Of a DNA stretch of 64,000 nucleotides, positions 39,945 to 52,655 are shown in pieces (the stretch's first letter is position 1; the number at the start of each line of letters is the position of its first letter). The stretch spans positions 10,195,582 to 10,259,581 of the forward strand of contig JARFYF010000059.1 in NCBI GenBank assembly GCA_030265395.1, read 5' to 3'. Made by a program: the position numbers and the translations under genes. The notes under the pieces are model-generated. The model had not been told where the DNA came from. It made no database searches and worked only from the letters and a program-made list of their open reading frames with translations. This stretch comes from Rhina ancylostomus (lineage: Eukaryota).

Positions 39945-42639
39945 NNNNNNNNNNNNNNNNNNNNNNNNNNNNNNNNNNNNNNNNNNNNNNNNNNNNNNNN
40001 NNNNNNNNNNNNNNNNNNNNNNNNNNNNNNNNNNNNNNNNNNNNNNNNNNNNNNNNNNNNNNNNNNNNNNNNNNNNNNNNNNNNNNNNNNNNNNNNNNNN
40101 NNNNNNNNNNNNNNNNNNNNNNNNNNNNNNNNNNNNNNNNNNNNNNNNNNNNNNNNNNNNNNNNNNNNNNNNNNNNNNNNNNNNNNNNNNNNNNNNNNNN
40201 NNNNNNNNNNNNNNNNNNNNNNNNNNNNNNNNNNNNNNNNNNNNNNNNNNNNNNNNNNNNNNNNNNNNNNNNNNNNNNNNNNNNNNNNNNNNNNNNNNNN
40301 NNNNNNNNNNNNNNNNNNNNNNNNNNNNNNNNNNNNNNNNNNNNNNNNNNNNNNNNNNNNNNNNNNNNNNNNNNNNNNNNNNNNNNNNNNNNNNNNNNNN
40401 NNNNNNNNNNNNNNNNNNNNNNNNNNNNNNNNNNNNNNNNNNNNNNNNNNNNNNNNNNNNNNNNNNNNNNNNNNNNNNNNNNNNNNNNNNNNNNNNNNNN
40501 NNNNNNNNNNNNNNNNNNNNNNNNNNNNNNNNNNNNNNNNNNNNNNNNNNNNNNNNNNNNNNNNNGTGGTGAAAGCAGAGTTATTAAAAGTTTTCAAAAT
40601 CTATAGTAGAGCCAATTAGGCAAAGAAAGTGTGAGGGAACGTGACTGACTGAATTTCTCTGCAAAGAGCTGGCATCAATTCAGTGAGTTGAATTACCTCT
40701 TTCTATGCTATGATGATTCTACGATTCAATGATTGAAGGTGGTTTGTCATTCATTGAGGTATTTCACCAAACTCAATTTTTAAAGCAGGTTGTGCTGAAA
40801 AGCAATCACTGCAAGTTAAGTGTTCTCTATAATACTCCAATATTTTCAAAGACTTATCAGATCACTTTTATTTTTTGTAAAAAGCAACCTTAATATTAAA
40901 GAGAATGAATAGAATATTTGTCCATATTTTTCAATCAATTGTATTCTGGATCTCCTGAGACCAGGTAAAGCTGACTCATTTCATGAAATCAATATGCCTT
41001 AACTGCAACTTCAGAAGATTATCTGCAACTGAGTCAGAATGGCATTTCCAATTCCCATGCCAACCATCTTTAAGATGAATTCAATGATGATGAATGTGGA
41101 ATTACTTGATACAGTGCAGAGATGATTGATAAAGAGATTCCATTGATATAGCACCTTCCACAGCATGAGAACATTGCAAAGCATTAAAAACGTTTCACCC
41201 AGAATTTTTGAGAGTTATTGAAAAGTGAATATTCATTCAACAGTAAATGTGAGTTAGATTGGAACACTTCCAGAGGTGAGACTGTTGTCTTCTAATATAG
41301 TTCCTCTACTAACTAAAATGTTTTTAAAAAGTTTAAATTGACATACTATCACCATGAAATCAATGTGCCAGAATAGTGATTATAACTTGCTTTTCAGGCT
41401 ATTTATCTTCCAATCTGAAATATCTGTTGCACTTCTTTCCTCCAAAGTGTGAGGATCTGTTGGCTTTGTATGCCTTCATTCTCCCCTCCAGATATCTGAC
41501 TCTCAGGAGGGGAGAGTTTACCCCTGGGAATATGCTAGCCAGGATGCTGATTAAGCTTAATTCAGATCACCACACTGGCTTCTTATCACTTTGTGATCAG
41601 CCTCTGTCAGAAACTTCAACCTTCTGCACCAAATTTTGATCAATCCTCATCCTCTCTCCTATAATTCACATCATTACTAACCCTTGGCAAAGATCCCTTC
41701 TTTGAGCTATGTGCAGTTAAATCATAAATGTATTTACAACAAAATATGACATTGTTCTACATGGGCTACATGTGGCCATTTCCCCACACAATAATTGTGA
41801 TTATTTTTGCAAAAAAAATTCTACAGACTGCAATTAATTATCTGCTGTTTTATGAATGCTATGAAAAATTGATTTGGATTCAATTATGCATATTTCCTGT
41901 GTGCTAATAGTGCATAAAAGCAATTTTAGCCGGGGTAGATCCCATGAGTGATCATTTCCACTGGCAATTACACCCATTGGAAAACTGAGTGATTTAACTT
42001 AGCACAACTGANNNNNNNNNNNNNNNNNNNNNNNNNNNNNNNNNNNNNNNNNNNNNNNNNNNNNNNNNNNNNNNNNNNNNNNNNNNNNNNNNNNNNNNNN
42101 CTACTGTGTGCAACCTATGACCTGTGTTGATTACTCACAGAAAAACTGAAGAGTGCACTGTGCAAAGAGATTGACAATTAAAGGCTTTGCATTGTAACAG
42201 CATCTGCCAGGTGGAAAGTGCATCAGTGGTCACCCCTTCACAGCTTTTTTGTCCAACTATATACTGCAGTCACCAGCCCCTTGATCAGTGCACGGCTCAT
42301 CGTCATCCTTGGCTTACAGAAATCAATTAGGACAGACTGTCATGTGCAGGTGGGGGGAATGCCCAGACATACGGGATATTGGCACACTCCCCCTCCACCA
42401 TGTTTTCCCTCACCTCAATGGTCGCCTTTGATGCAGCTGTTCTCGGGGAGAGGAATTTAAAAAATGGACCTGCTTCCCAGCAATCAGCACAGTAAGAGCA
42501 TACCAGCTGTGAGTTCCTGATGCAACTGCACCGGTCTTAGTTAAGAACATGATCCTTGTGCAAAACACCATTGCACTTGTTTTTAATATATATTTTGCCC
42601 GATTTCATCCAGGATGGACGATACAATTGGGTGTTAGCA

Positions 42640-43400
42640 CTATACTGAGAACACACATTTCTTCTTCTCGGGAGCTTTGGGATCGAGAATGACCACCTCA
42701 GTTTTACCGGTTCTGAGGTGAGGAATGAGACCAATGTAGGAAGCACAGAGGTTTCCACAGATGGGGCAGGAGCTGCCTGAGGGAGTGGGAGAGTGAATGA
42801 GGTGACATTCTGCCTATAGGAGGCCTCAACATTCCAGATATTGTCTTGGATGCCCCCTTTCCCCACTTCCATCGGGTCGTGGAGCCAAAGCATTCCCAGG
42901 AGTCAGTGGGTTGTTGCAAAAGGAGGCGTTGAGGACTTCCTAGAACCTTTTCCTCTGTTCGTCTCTTCTCATGAGCATCAGAAGAGAAAGAAATGCATTT
43001 TCCTAGGTAGATGTTTGCAAAGATGGGTGCGTTATCCAGTCAAGTGGAGTGCTATCAGCTCTTTGTTCCTGGACGGGAGATTAGGGAAAGGAGGTATTCT
43101 GCCGCTCTCGGTCGCTAATTTATGATCAGCGCTCGGAAGTGTGAACGCTGGGTGAGAACAGACTCACCCTGGGCTTGGCTCTGATGTGCTGCTCACAAGT
43201 AGCGCGTCCGCGCTCGCCTCCTGAAGGCTCGCACGAACTGCTGTGTAGGTTTGCGAATTACCTGCCACCCAGACAATGCAGGGCAAAAAGAATTTGGTGT
43301 GGACTAAGTTCTGAGTCTAAGGGGAGAAGTGCGAGCTCCAAAGGGGTGAGAAATCTAGTCATCGTCATTCTATTTGACTTCTCTCCCTCTGCCGGCTGGG
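42640..43400 (-). mobile_element. RTE-clade LINE 3' relic directly upstream of the WNT4 promoter
   Basis: Minus strand 42770-42709 reads SCPICGNLCASYIGLIPHLRT (C2H2-like RTE C-terminal finger), preceded by PTDSWE and remnants of KRFxDVLKAS and LxWxxH. Confidence 0.7.
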
Positions 43401-43439
43401 GCAGTGCTTTTCTCTTCCGATCTCCCAGTGTATTCACTG

Positions 43440-44090
43440 TCAGATGGTGCTCCTGTTAGTGTATCAATGACTCATCTATAAACCACACACAGCGGCGAAT
43501 GGAAGCAGCCTTTGGGGCTGATTGACGCGGTTGCCGGTCCAACCGGGTGCTGCCTTCCCCGCCCCCGGGGAGGCTCTGTGCCCGATCAGGGATCCGAGCG
43601 GGGATCGGCTCGCCTCTTCGCATTCTCCTGCTCACCCAGCGTAGGCGCAACATCCCACGGATACCAGCCTTCGACAGTGCACCGGGACTCGCAGCGCTCC
43701 CTGCTGCCTCAACAACCTAACCAGAGCTCGCTTGGACCCGGGCTGGAGCTCCACCGAACCTCCGCTAAACCCACAGCACAGCCCTCGACCGTGCCATTTC
43801 ACCAGAAATCACTTATAACCACACTCAAACAGCACTTAGAGGCGATCTCTCCGTCCGTAAATAGTTATATATATTGACGACATCCTTGATTATAACTTTT
43901 AAAGAAATTGTGTGGATCTTTGAGCGAAGATATCTGTCAGCCTATAGCAAAACAACCTGGAAAACTTCTCGTTTCTTTTTGTGACTTTTTTTTATGGGGG
44001 AAAAAATCTGAAACACTTATTTAAACAATCATCTGCAGTTGAGGGAACACATACTTTTGCCTGGATTTTAGGTTCTGAAGTTTCTTCGTG
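43440..44090 (+). promoter_or_regulatory. WNT4 CpG-island promoter and putative 5' UTR
   Basis: CpG-rich relative to the CpG-depleted background. AP-1 site TGACTCA 43468-43474, TATAAA 43477-43482, GC box CCCCGCCCC 43557-43565, directly upstream of exon 1. The TSS itself cannot be observed. Confidence 0.7.
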
Positions 44091-44167
44091 ATGACTCCGG
44101 TCTGCTTCCTGCGTTCGCTTCTCGTCCTGATCTTGGCTCTGTTGTCGGCCAATGCTAGTAACTGGCT
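44091..44167 (+). CDS. WNT4: WNT4 coding exon 1 (signal peptide), MTPVCFLRSLLVLILALLSANASNWL, phase-2 donor
   Basis: ATG at 44091 (context gtgATGa), hydrophobic signal peptide ending in the WNT4-typical ASNWL. 77 nt followed by consensus donor CT|GTAAGT. Too short for the ORF track. Confidence 0.96.
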
Positions 44168-46399
44168 GTAAGTGTTGATAATTATGACATTATTGTGTTT
44201 GTGTTATTATTGCAAAAGCAAGCTTTTGATTCTTGCATCTGCAGGCGGTGTGGTGCAGCCGGCAGAATACATGAGGTGAGAGTGTAAGGTTCAAACTTTC
44301 CTCGTCTTTCAAAACAAAAAAAACACATTTTGTTTTCTAATTGTGTCTGGGTGATATATTTCTATTTGAAAAAAAATCAGATCTGCAGATTCATCTGGAT
44401 AAATGTTTTCCAAGTTGTCACTGAAGCTCTGAAATTCCCCAATAAAATAGAACCACCCTTTCAAAACACTAAACATATGTGGCGATTTCAAATGATCTGT
44501 GTTATATAATTGTACTGATACAGTGAAGTTGTATATATTGTTATTACTTTCGCAAGTTGTTTTCCACTCTTCGCTCAGCCCACGAGCGATGTCCCCCGGG
44601 GCGTAGAGTGTCATTCTTATTTATTTATTTAAACTCATTAATTTTTGATTAGTTAGGTGGGGTGATCCGAGAGGGTGAGAGAAAAGTAGACTTGTGCAGA
44701 CCTGTTCGAGACTTCAGGAGATACGTGCTTTCAATTAATCCTCATTTTTTTCATTCATACTGTGAGTGAAGGTACGGGCTGATGATGACAGGCATCTGTA
44801 TTTAAATCGAGGCTTTCCCACGAGGCTGATTTATTCCAATAATTTTATTCCTAAGAAGCACGTCTTTATATCTCAATGGTGAACAAAATGTTGTTACAAT
44901 AGTCATAGCGTGGTGGTACCACAGATAATCCCTCTCTCTGTATTGTACTGATGCCCCCTCTATATGAAATGTCACCTATTCTGTAATTTAGATACTTTCT
45001 GAAAAATAAAATGCTTATAATCAGCCCATGTCTGGCAGAGGTGGCTGCAGGAGTGGGGATGGAACTGCTGTTTAAAAAATATATATCAGGAATTGAGATG
45101 TATGTAGAGCAACGGCAAGTGACTTAAGGAAGCAACGTAACTTTAATGGAATGACATACTGGATCTGCACAATTTGCATTTTATGTGATTTATGGGGCGC
45201 TGAAATTAAATGCAATTGTTCTGTCCTTCGCTGCTATTGTGCAACACGCATTTCGTCCTGTATAAGCAAGAGAGCAGATCTGAGAATGGGTGAGAGCAGA
45301 GATAGAGAGTGTGAGAGAGGTGGATCTGTCCATTTCCCATGTCTTATTAAAGAAGGTATTTGTTTTCCAAACGATACTGGGCAAATCGGAGGAGGGGGAG
45401 CTGTTTGGGGGAGTTGAAGGTCAGCTCTGAACAACAACGGCCTCGTACACTGTCATAGTGCTGAGTGCGAACCGCTCAAACAACAGATGCCTCGTCATTC
45501 CCATTTGTATTTACTGTGCAGTATCCTACCCTAAAGACCGTAGGATGGGCATTCTCTCCTAAGTTCTGGTTACTCCAGGAGCAGGGAGTTTAAAAGGTTA
45601 AATAAAAGTGTACCAAAATCCAGAAGGCAAAATCCAGTCACCATTAACCCTTTAATTACAATACATTTTATTTTGGCTACAGCTTTGAATCCTTTAGATA
45701 AAGGAACCTGTTGATATTCAATAACCTTTAGAATCCGAGAGCTCTGTGAATCCTGAATTATTTTAACTTAACGGGAATCTCCATTGTTACCGTGACCAAC
45801 ATTATACTAACTGAACTGGAAGGCTTCATGCTGGTACATGGATAGAAAACTCACTAACCGCAAGGTGGGTGTGCGTAATTCACCNNNNNNNNNNNNNNNN
45901 NNNNNNNNNNNNNNNNNNNNNNNNNNNNNNNNNNNNNNNNNNNNNNNNNNNNNNNNNNNNNNNNNNNNNNNNNNNNNNNNNNNNNNNNNNNNNNNNNNNN
46001 NNNNNNNNNNNNNNATAATTGTTCCTTTTCTTGTATATTATTTTATGAATTTATTTTCGACTCTACATATTTATTGGCAGAATATATAGCATCTTAGGAT
46101 TTAATCGACAATGTATATTGCGGGGAGAAAAACAGTCAATACAATGCATGTTTTGAAAATTATGCGTAATGAACGTGACGTACAACACATTATTTGAATT
46201 ACACCATCCCCTCAATCAATTCCCAGTGTTTATTTCAAGATTTCAAACTGTAGAAGATTATCTCCAGAAATTCAAACATTTTACATCCCTCTTCAAACAG
46301 GAGCACATAACCCTAAGTGCTTCAGGGTAAAGGTGGACGTTTTATGTAATACGGATCATCACCAAAACAAAGTAGTTCTCTTCAAAACAAAAAGCCCAT

Positions 46400-47650
46400 T
46401 AAATATTACACAGGGAGTTGAAAAATAAACGTAGGGGCTAAAGTTTTGATAGTAATTTGTGACCGTCTGCTTAACGTGCCTTTACTCTACCGTCTTCTCT
46501 CATAATAGAGAACGCGACTCTGTTCTCTGATATCGTTTAACTCAAATGTTACGGAAGCAGCGAAAATGGAATTTGCAAATAACTCGCGTTGCGCAATTTT
46601 TCAGATTAGAATCTCTATAGTCTAATGTGTTTACCGGCACTTGAGTCTAAAATACTAAACTTTAAGAGAAGTCTCCAGGCAAAACATACAGCTAAGACAC
46701 TGTTGGCACTGGCCCAGGGAATGTGTTTGGGGGTTCCGAGGCTATGATATGTGGAGTGTGCTGTAACAGATCCATTTTACACTGAACTAGATCCCCTATT
46801 TCTAATTTCAGTGGATCCCCCGTTTTGAAATGCGACAGATCCTGCGGTGAGCCCTCCATTTATGTTAAACCGCTGCATTCTCTATTGTTTTACACTGGCG
46901 GCTCCCCAATGAATTGGCTTCTGCTAACCCGCTGCTTTTTCTGTTGTTGTCTGTTTTCACAGGTATCTGGCCAAGCTGTCGTCGATCGCCAGTATTCAGG
47001 ACGAGGAAACGTGCGAGAAGTTGAAAGGTTTGATAAACCGACAGATCCAGATCTGCAAGCGGAATGTGGAGGTGATGGACTCGGTGCGGAGAGGAGCCGA
47101 GCTGGCGATCGAAGAGTGTCAGCACCAGTTCAGGAACCGCCTCTGGAACTGCTCCACTGTCGATACGCTGCCCGTATTCGGCAAAGTGGTCACACAAGGT
47201 ACTCAGAGGCCGGTAATCCCGGGTTACAGCGCACAAGGTACTCAGATCAGAGGCAACAAATCCAGGGCAATAGTGCAAGGATCAGTGACAGTGCACAGTT
47301 AAAATATTGTCATGGAAAGCTGAATTAAATCACAGAGCCCGGCGGTATTGGGTTCCAGTGACGACTAAATGTCTTTCAGGAGATAGGGGCTGAGAAATGT
47401 GGTGGATTGATCCGTGAGAAGAGAAATGGGTGCCTTCTCTATGCTGCTTCCCGCTTAAAGTTCTTATATATCATGTAATCCAGGAATATGGTAAGAGAAC
47501 TGAAGGATGATAAAGGCAAATAAGGTATAAGAAAGGAAAGAGATTCCATTGGAAAGAGTTACCATTCCCGCATTCAGCGCGGCTGCTGGATGGTCGGTAC
47601 AGATTTGGTGACCGCAGGGTCTGCTTCTCTGCTGTATCTCTCCTTGACTC
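46400..47650. promoter_or_regulatory. Intragenic CpG-rich domain around WNT4 exon 2
   Basis: Frequent CpGs in exon 2 and both intron flanks, compared with the distal introns. Confidence 0.55.
46963..47198 (+). CDS. WNT4: WNT4 coding exon 2: [78 protein letters not shown]
   Basis: Branch-like CTAAC at ~46924, pyrimidine tract and acceptor TTTTCACAG|G. 236 nt, frame continues exon 1. Translation closely matches vertebrate WNT4/wnt4a as I recall it. Donor AAG|GTACTC. Confidence 0.97.
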
Positions 47651-50600
47651 GATTTGTCATTGCAGATTTAATACACACAGATATAAAAAATAACAATCTA
47701 GGGATTGAACACAAAAGATCTTGAGACCAGGAGTACTGATTACCCATAAATTAATAATATTGAAGCACAGAGAATGAATGCACATGCGCATCTGTGACAA
47801 CAGTCCTGGGATGGAGCAGAGGGATACAGGAATATGCTGTGCCCCTCACTCTCAGGAAAAATTAATTAGCGAGAAAACCAATAAAAGTTGAACTTCAATG
47901 ATTGCTCTCCAGGCCATCTCTAATTTATCAACACACTGTTTCTACTCTTGGTTTCCAAAAGTCAAATATGTTGTCCTCTTCGTGGGTTGAATTCATGATA
48001 TATTATAGTATCACTTTTTCTAACTCACTCTTTCCCAAGAATTCAAACCTGTGCAATTCTTTATCTCCCTCAGTTTTCCTACATTCCTGCTATCCACAAG
48101 TTAAGAAGCCCAGCCCAGAACTATCATTCCATGACATAACTTAGCTTCTCCTCAATTCTTTACAACCTTTGGGGGGTATTTGGGGGTTTCTGCCTCTCAT
48201 CTGAATTTAAAGAACAATTAAAAGTAGAAGAGTCCTGAAAAACCAGAATTATACCAGTGAAATCTTGGTAAATCAAATGTCAATTGAGAGTGAAATTATT
48301 TTTACTGTATTCTGGAAATGGGAACTGTAGATCAGTGATAGCAATCATAAGATAAATTTTCAATCTAGAATAGCAAAGACACACAAGTTCTGCCAATAAG
48401 ATATGTATGATGTAGAGGCACAGAATAGAAAAGACAGCAATTCTGGGAATGATTATACACTAATCATATTTTCAAGCTAAAACCAATTAAGGAGTTTCCT
48501 GGATGGCTCCATGAGTTTATTCAGCAAATATTTGAGCCTCACACTTGAGGAAAATCTGTTAGATCCCAGATTAAGGAGGACATGTATATGGGCAAATTGC
48601 AGTGCTCCTGAATACCCCACTGTGCACTGTGGACATTAGGTGAGGGCATAATTGGACTTAATTAGCCTTCTGTGATGAAAGAGCTTGCTAATTGTTGGAG
48701 CTCACACAAGTCAATAATGGCCAACAAATTAAGGAGAACAAGGAGGAAGAAAAATAATCAAGAACACAGATAATGACATAGCTCCTAACATTGAAAAATA
48801 GTGAAGTAAAATGTTTAATATTAGTAATTCAAACCATAAAATAAAAGACTGGTTGGTTCATTCAGTTTCTGTCAGGGCTTAAAACAGGTGACAATAGATC
48901 AGCCACCTGGGATAAATTCCCATGATTTCCAAGCCAATGGAAATTAATATTAATAGGTTTATGGAGAGCTAGTCTGCTACTGCCTGTGTAATCCACTACT
49001 TTCATTCACCACCAATGAACTTGAAAATTCTGACCCATCATTTTACTTCTAATCCTGACCCATTGGCCATGTACCTCCAGCATCTTCATTACATGTTATT
49101 TTCAATGCTTTTTATCTTTGATAATTCACACACTGACGAGCAAAATACATTGGATTAAAGAAGCCAAGATGTATAGTGCAAGGAGTAAAACAAACAGACA
49201 CAGACACACTCACAGACTCTAATGCCAGTGGCTTCACAGATGGGGTAGGAGCACCATTACGGTATCCTGAAACAGAGTGGGGATCATAATCCCAGGACTA
49301 TCATGTACACTACAATTACAGTCATTCCAGAACAGTCACCCAAAACAAGAACAAGACTGAAGAAGAAACAAAATTCTTGGAAAAGTAATATAAAGGGCAA
49401 TTCCTTCACCAAGATTGGCCATTTCCACTTGAAACTTTGCTTGTCCCTACTCTAATTTAGTTTACCTGCTATGTTAACCATCATTTGTAAATTTGTAATC
49501 TCCACCCTCAGTAAAATTGAGCTTATTTGAAATTCTGCTGCCTTTATTCTTATTTGTACCAGGTTCTCTCATGCCCACTTACCTGTATTGGCTCACAGTC
49601 CCTCAGTGACCCAGTTTTAACATACTGATTCCCATCCTCAAATTCATTCAGAGCCCTATTTCTGTGTTTTCTGCAGCCCTGTAACTTTTAGGAACTCCTC
49701 TGAAACATGACACATGCATCTGCCTTTCCTTTCTCCCCATCACCGGTAAATGTCCTATTAATAATCTTGCCCTTTAGTCTGGAATTCCATTTCTAAACCC
49801 CTATGTTTCTCCACTCCTATCTTTTCTATTAAAATCCTTCTTAAACACAACCAGAATTTTAGTCTTGTGTTTATTCACCTGTCAAAATAGTTCCTTCTAG
49901 ATCTCAAATTCAAACTTCGATTCATTATATTCCCGTGAAGAGCTTTGGGATTTTTTTTTCTAAAGGATTTATATAAATGTTGTACACAGAGCTGTATAGA
50001 GAATTGAGCAGTCATGCAGAGAACAGCAGCAGTAACATTGCAAAAATAATGCATAAAGGTATCATTTTAAGACAGAACAGATTTAAAGTAGATCAAATAT
50101 TGATCACGAGATAATAAAAATGGAATTAAAGACAGGAGATCAAGAACACTTTACGTGGAAAGAAAGACTACATTCAGAATTAAATTGATATTAATAAAAG
50201 GAAAGACTTCATTGATTTACAAAGATAGTACAGGTAAATCAGGGACAGATGTTCAGTAAGACCTTTAAAGCATTCCAAGTAAATTAAAACAGATAGGCTT
50301 GATTGTGGGGACTTGGGATCTGAAGGAAATTGCAGATATCAAAAGAGATGGTTGGGAAAGTATAACATCTTGCAGTAACTGTAATAGGATTTACAATGGA
50401 ATCCTGGGCTTTGAGAAGGCTTAGTCAGAGATGGAGATATGCAACAAAATATAATACTTGTAGGCAAATAACCATGTGTAGATATTGGACATGAGACCAT
50501 GTAAATTATGCCTTGAACACATCTGAGAAACTCAACATTGAAATTCCTGGAGTGCTAGGTTCGTTTACACTAAATTTAAGGCTAGCCAAGTTTGAGCAGG

Positions 50601-51639
50601 TTTTTGCAGAATTGGCCCTGGGGATAATACTAGCTATGCCTGTAGACACAGATGCCCAAACATACAATGCACAAGTATGAAAGTTAAATTTTCTCTGGCA
50701 GCTATTAATCTTTNNNNNNNNNNNNNNNNNNNNNNNNNNNNNNNNNNNNNNNNNNNNNNNNNNNNNNNNNNNNNNNNNNNNNNNNNNNNNNNNNNNNNNN
50801 NNNNNNNNNNNNNTTTGTGACACTTTATCAGTATTTTATTGGTATTGAAGTATTATACAGAAACCAAATTGCAATTTTTGCATTGGCACAACATAGTCTT
50901 TATGAAGAATAATTTAACCATGGATTGAGTTGGGAACATTTGAATTTTGACAATTGAAAGTCTGAGACTCTCTTGAGGAGATGGTTCCACATTACCTGGT
51001 CTCTGCATGCCCTGCAATGTATATGTTACCAGTGGAACTTAATTGAGATTTTAAAATATACCACTGAACAATCTTAACTTTTTTAATACTGGTATAATCC
51101 TTTTTATTTTAGAATGTTCTGTCCTATACAAATACAGAACATTTGATCAACTTCTGACCCTGATGGGCAGAACTCTGAATATTTAATATGTGAACATGTC
51201 AATCTGCAATCTTCACAACTCAACTTACATCCAAATGAGCTACATGAAGGCACTGTAAAAGAGTTAATGACTCCTTCAAAATCAGTGTAAACACACTGAT
51301 CAGCGCATGACTGAGCTATACTGACCAAGGTGGTAACTGGCTCCACCTATGCTCCCTCACCTCTTTTTCCCAGTACATTGATGACTGTTTTGGTGCCTTT
51401 GTCCACAATTTCTGCTTTGTCAACTGATTTCAGCTCCACTTTTACTTTGGAGCTCAAATGACTTGAAATAGAAATAGAATATGAATGTATCCCAAAACCA
51501 TTTTGCAGGAGCCCCTTTAAAACAAATCATGAACTTTTTCACTTGACCTTAGCATAAATGGGAAGAGCAAAAGGAAACCTAACTCAGCTGGTCCTATTTA
51601 CAGTGTCACTATTGACCAGAAACTCAACTGGAATAGCCT

Positions 51640-52185
51640 CATACAGTGGCTATAGAGCCGGTCTGAGGCTGGGTATCCTGAGTCCAATGACTTGCCTCCT
51701 GAGATCAAAACCATTTACTGGGCATGTCAGTATTATGATGAAATACTCCCCACTTGTCTAGGTAAGTGACATTCAAGAAGCTTAATACCATCCAGAACCA
51801 ATGAGCCATTTGATTGGCACCCTATCCATCACCCTAAACATTCATTCCCTCCATCAGTGACACACAGTAGTTACAATATGTGCCATCTACAAAATATACA
51901 AGTTATTCACTGAGGATATCTCAACAAAACCTCCCCAACCTTTTATCAAAGAGATTCAGGAGGTCCTCTATCTTCAAGAAGAACCAGAACAGTAGATGCA
52001 TGGGAANNNNNNNNNNACGAATAAATACATTGCCGTTACTTCGTTACTACTTGGTTTTAATGCTGGAACTGCCTACCCAATAGCTGTTGAGGGAGCACCT
52101 TCACCAGAAGGACTGAAGTGATTCAAAATAAGGAGGTTGACCACCACCTCCTCAAGCGCAATTAAGGCAATAAGTACAGGACAAA
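51640..52185 (+). mobile_element. Second, more decayed copy of the same LINE 3' region, in tandem
   Basis: TTGATTGGCACC...CATTCATTCCCTCCATCA parallels 52195-52235. Shorter relics lie at ~34410-34715 (+) and ~30165-30285 (-). Confidence 0.65.
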
Positions 52186-52655
52186 GCAGCCTGTTTGATA
52201 GGCACATCATCGACAACCATTCACTCACTCCACCACCAACGCACAGCAGAAGCAGTTGGTACCATCTACAGGATGCACTGCAACAACTCACCAGGACTCC
52301 TTAGACAGCATCTTCCAAACCCACCGCCTCTACCAGCCAGGACAAGGGCAGCAAAAACATGGAAACACCACCCCCTGGAAGTTGCCCTTCAAGCTACACA
52401 CCATCCTGACTTGGAAACGTATCGCTGTTCCTTCACTGTCTCTGGGTCAAAATCCTGGAACTCCCTCCCAAACAGCACGGTGGGTACACATCAAGGACTG
52501 CAGCAGTTTAAGGCAGCAGCAGCTCACCACCACCTTCTCAAGGGCAATAAGGGACAGGCAATTAAATGCTGGCTCAGCCTGCGAAGCCCACTTCCTTTGA
52601 ATGAATGGAAAAACAATGCTGGCCTTGCCAACATTGCCCAGATCCTCCTGAAAAT
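52185..52655 (+). mobile_element. CR1-group LINE 3' end (ORF2 C-terminus relic)
   Basis: ORF 52195: IHSLHHQRTAEAVGTIYRMHC...SFTVSGSKSWNSLP...LQQFKAAA, typical of CR1/L2-group ORF2 C-termini. Confidence 0.75.

Noticed and set aside
46825-47328. Overlapping 167-aa (+) and 137-aa (-) ORFs over exon 2
   Set aside because: Alternative-frame by-products of a GC-rich exon, with no recognisable homology.
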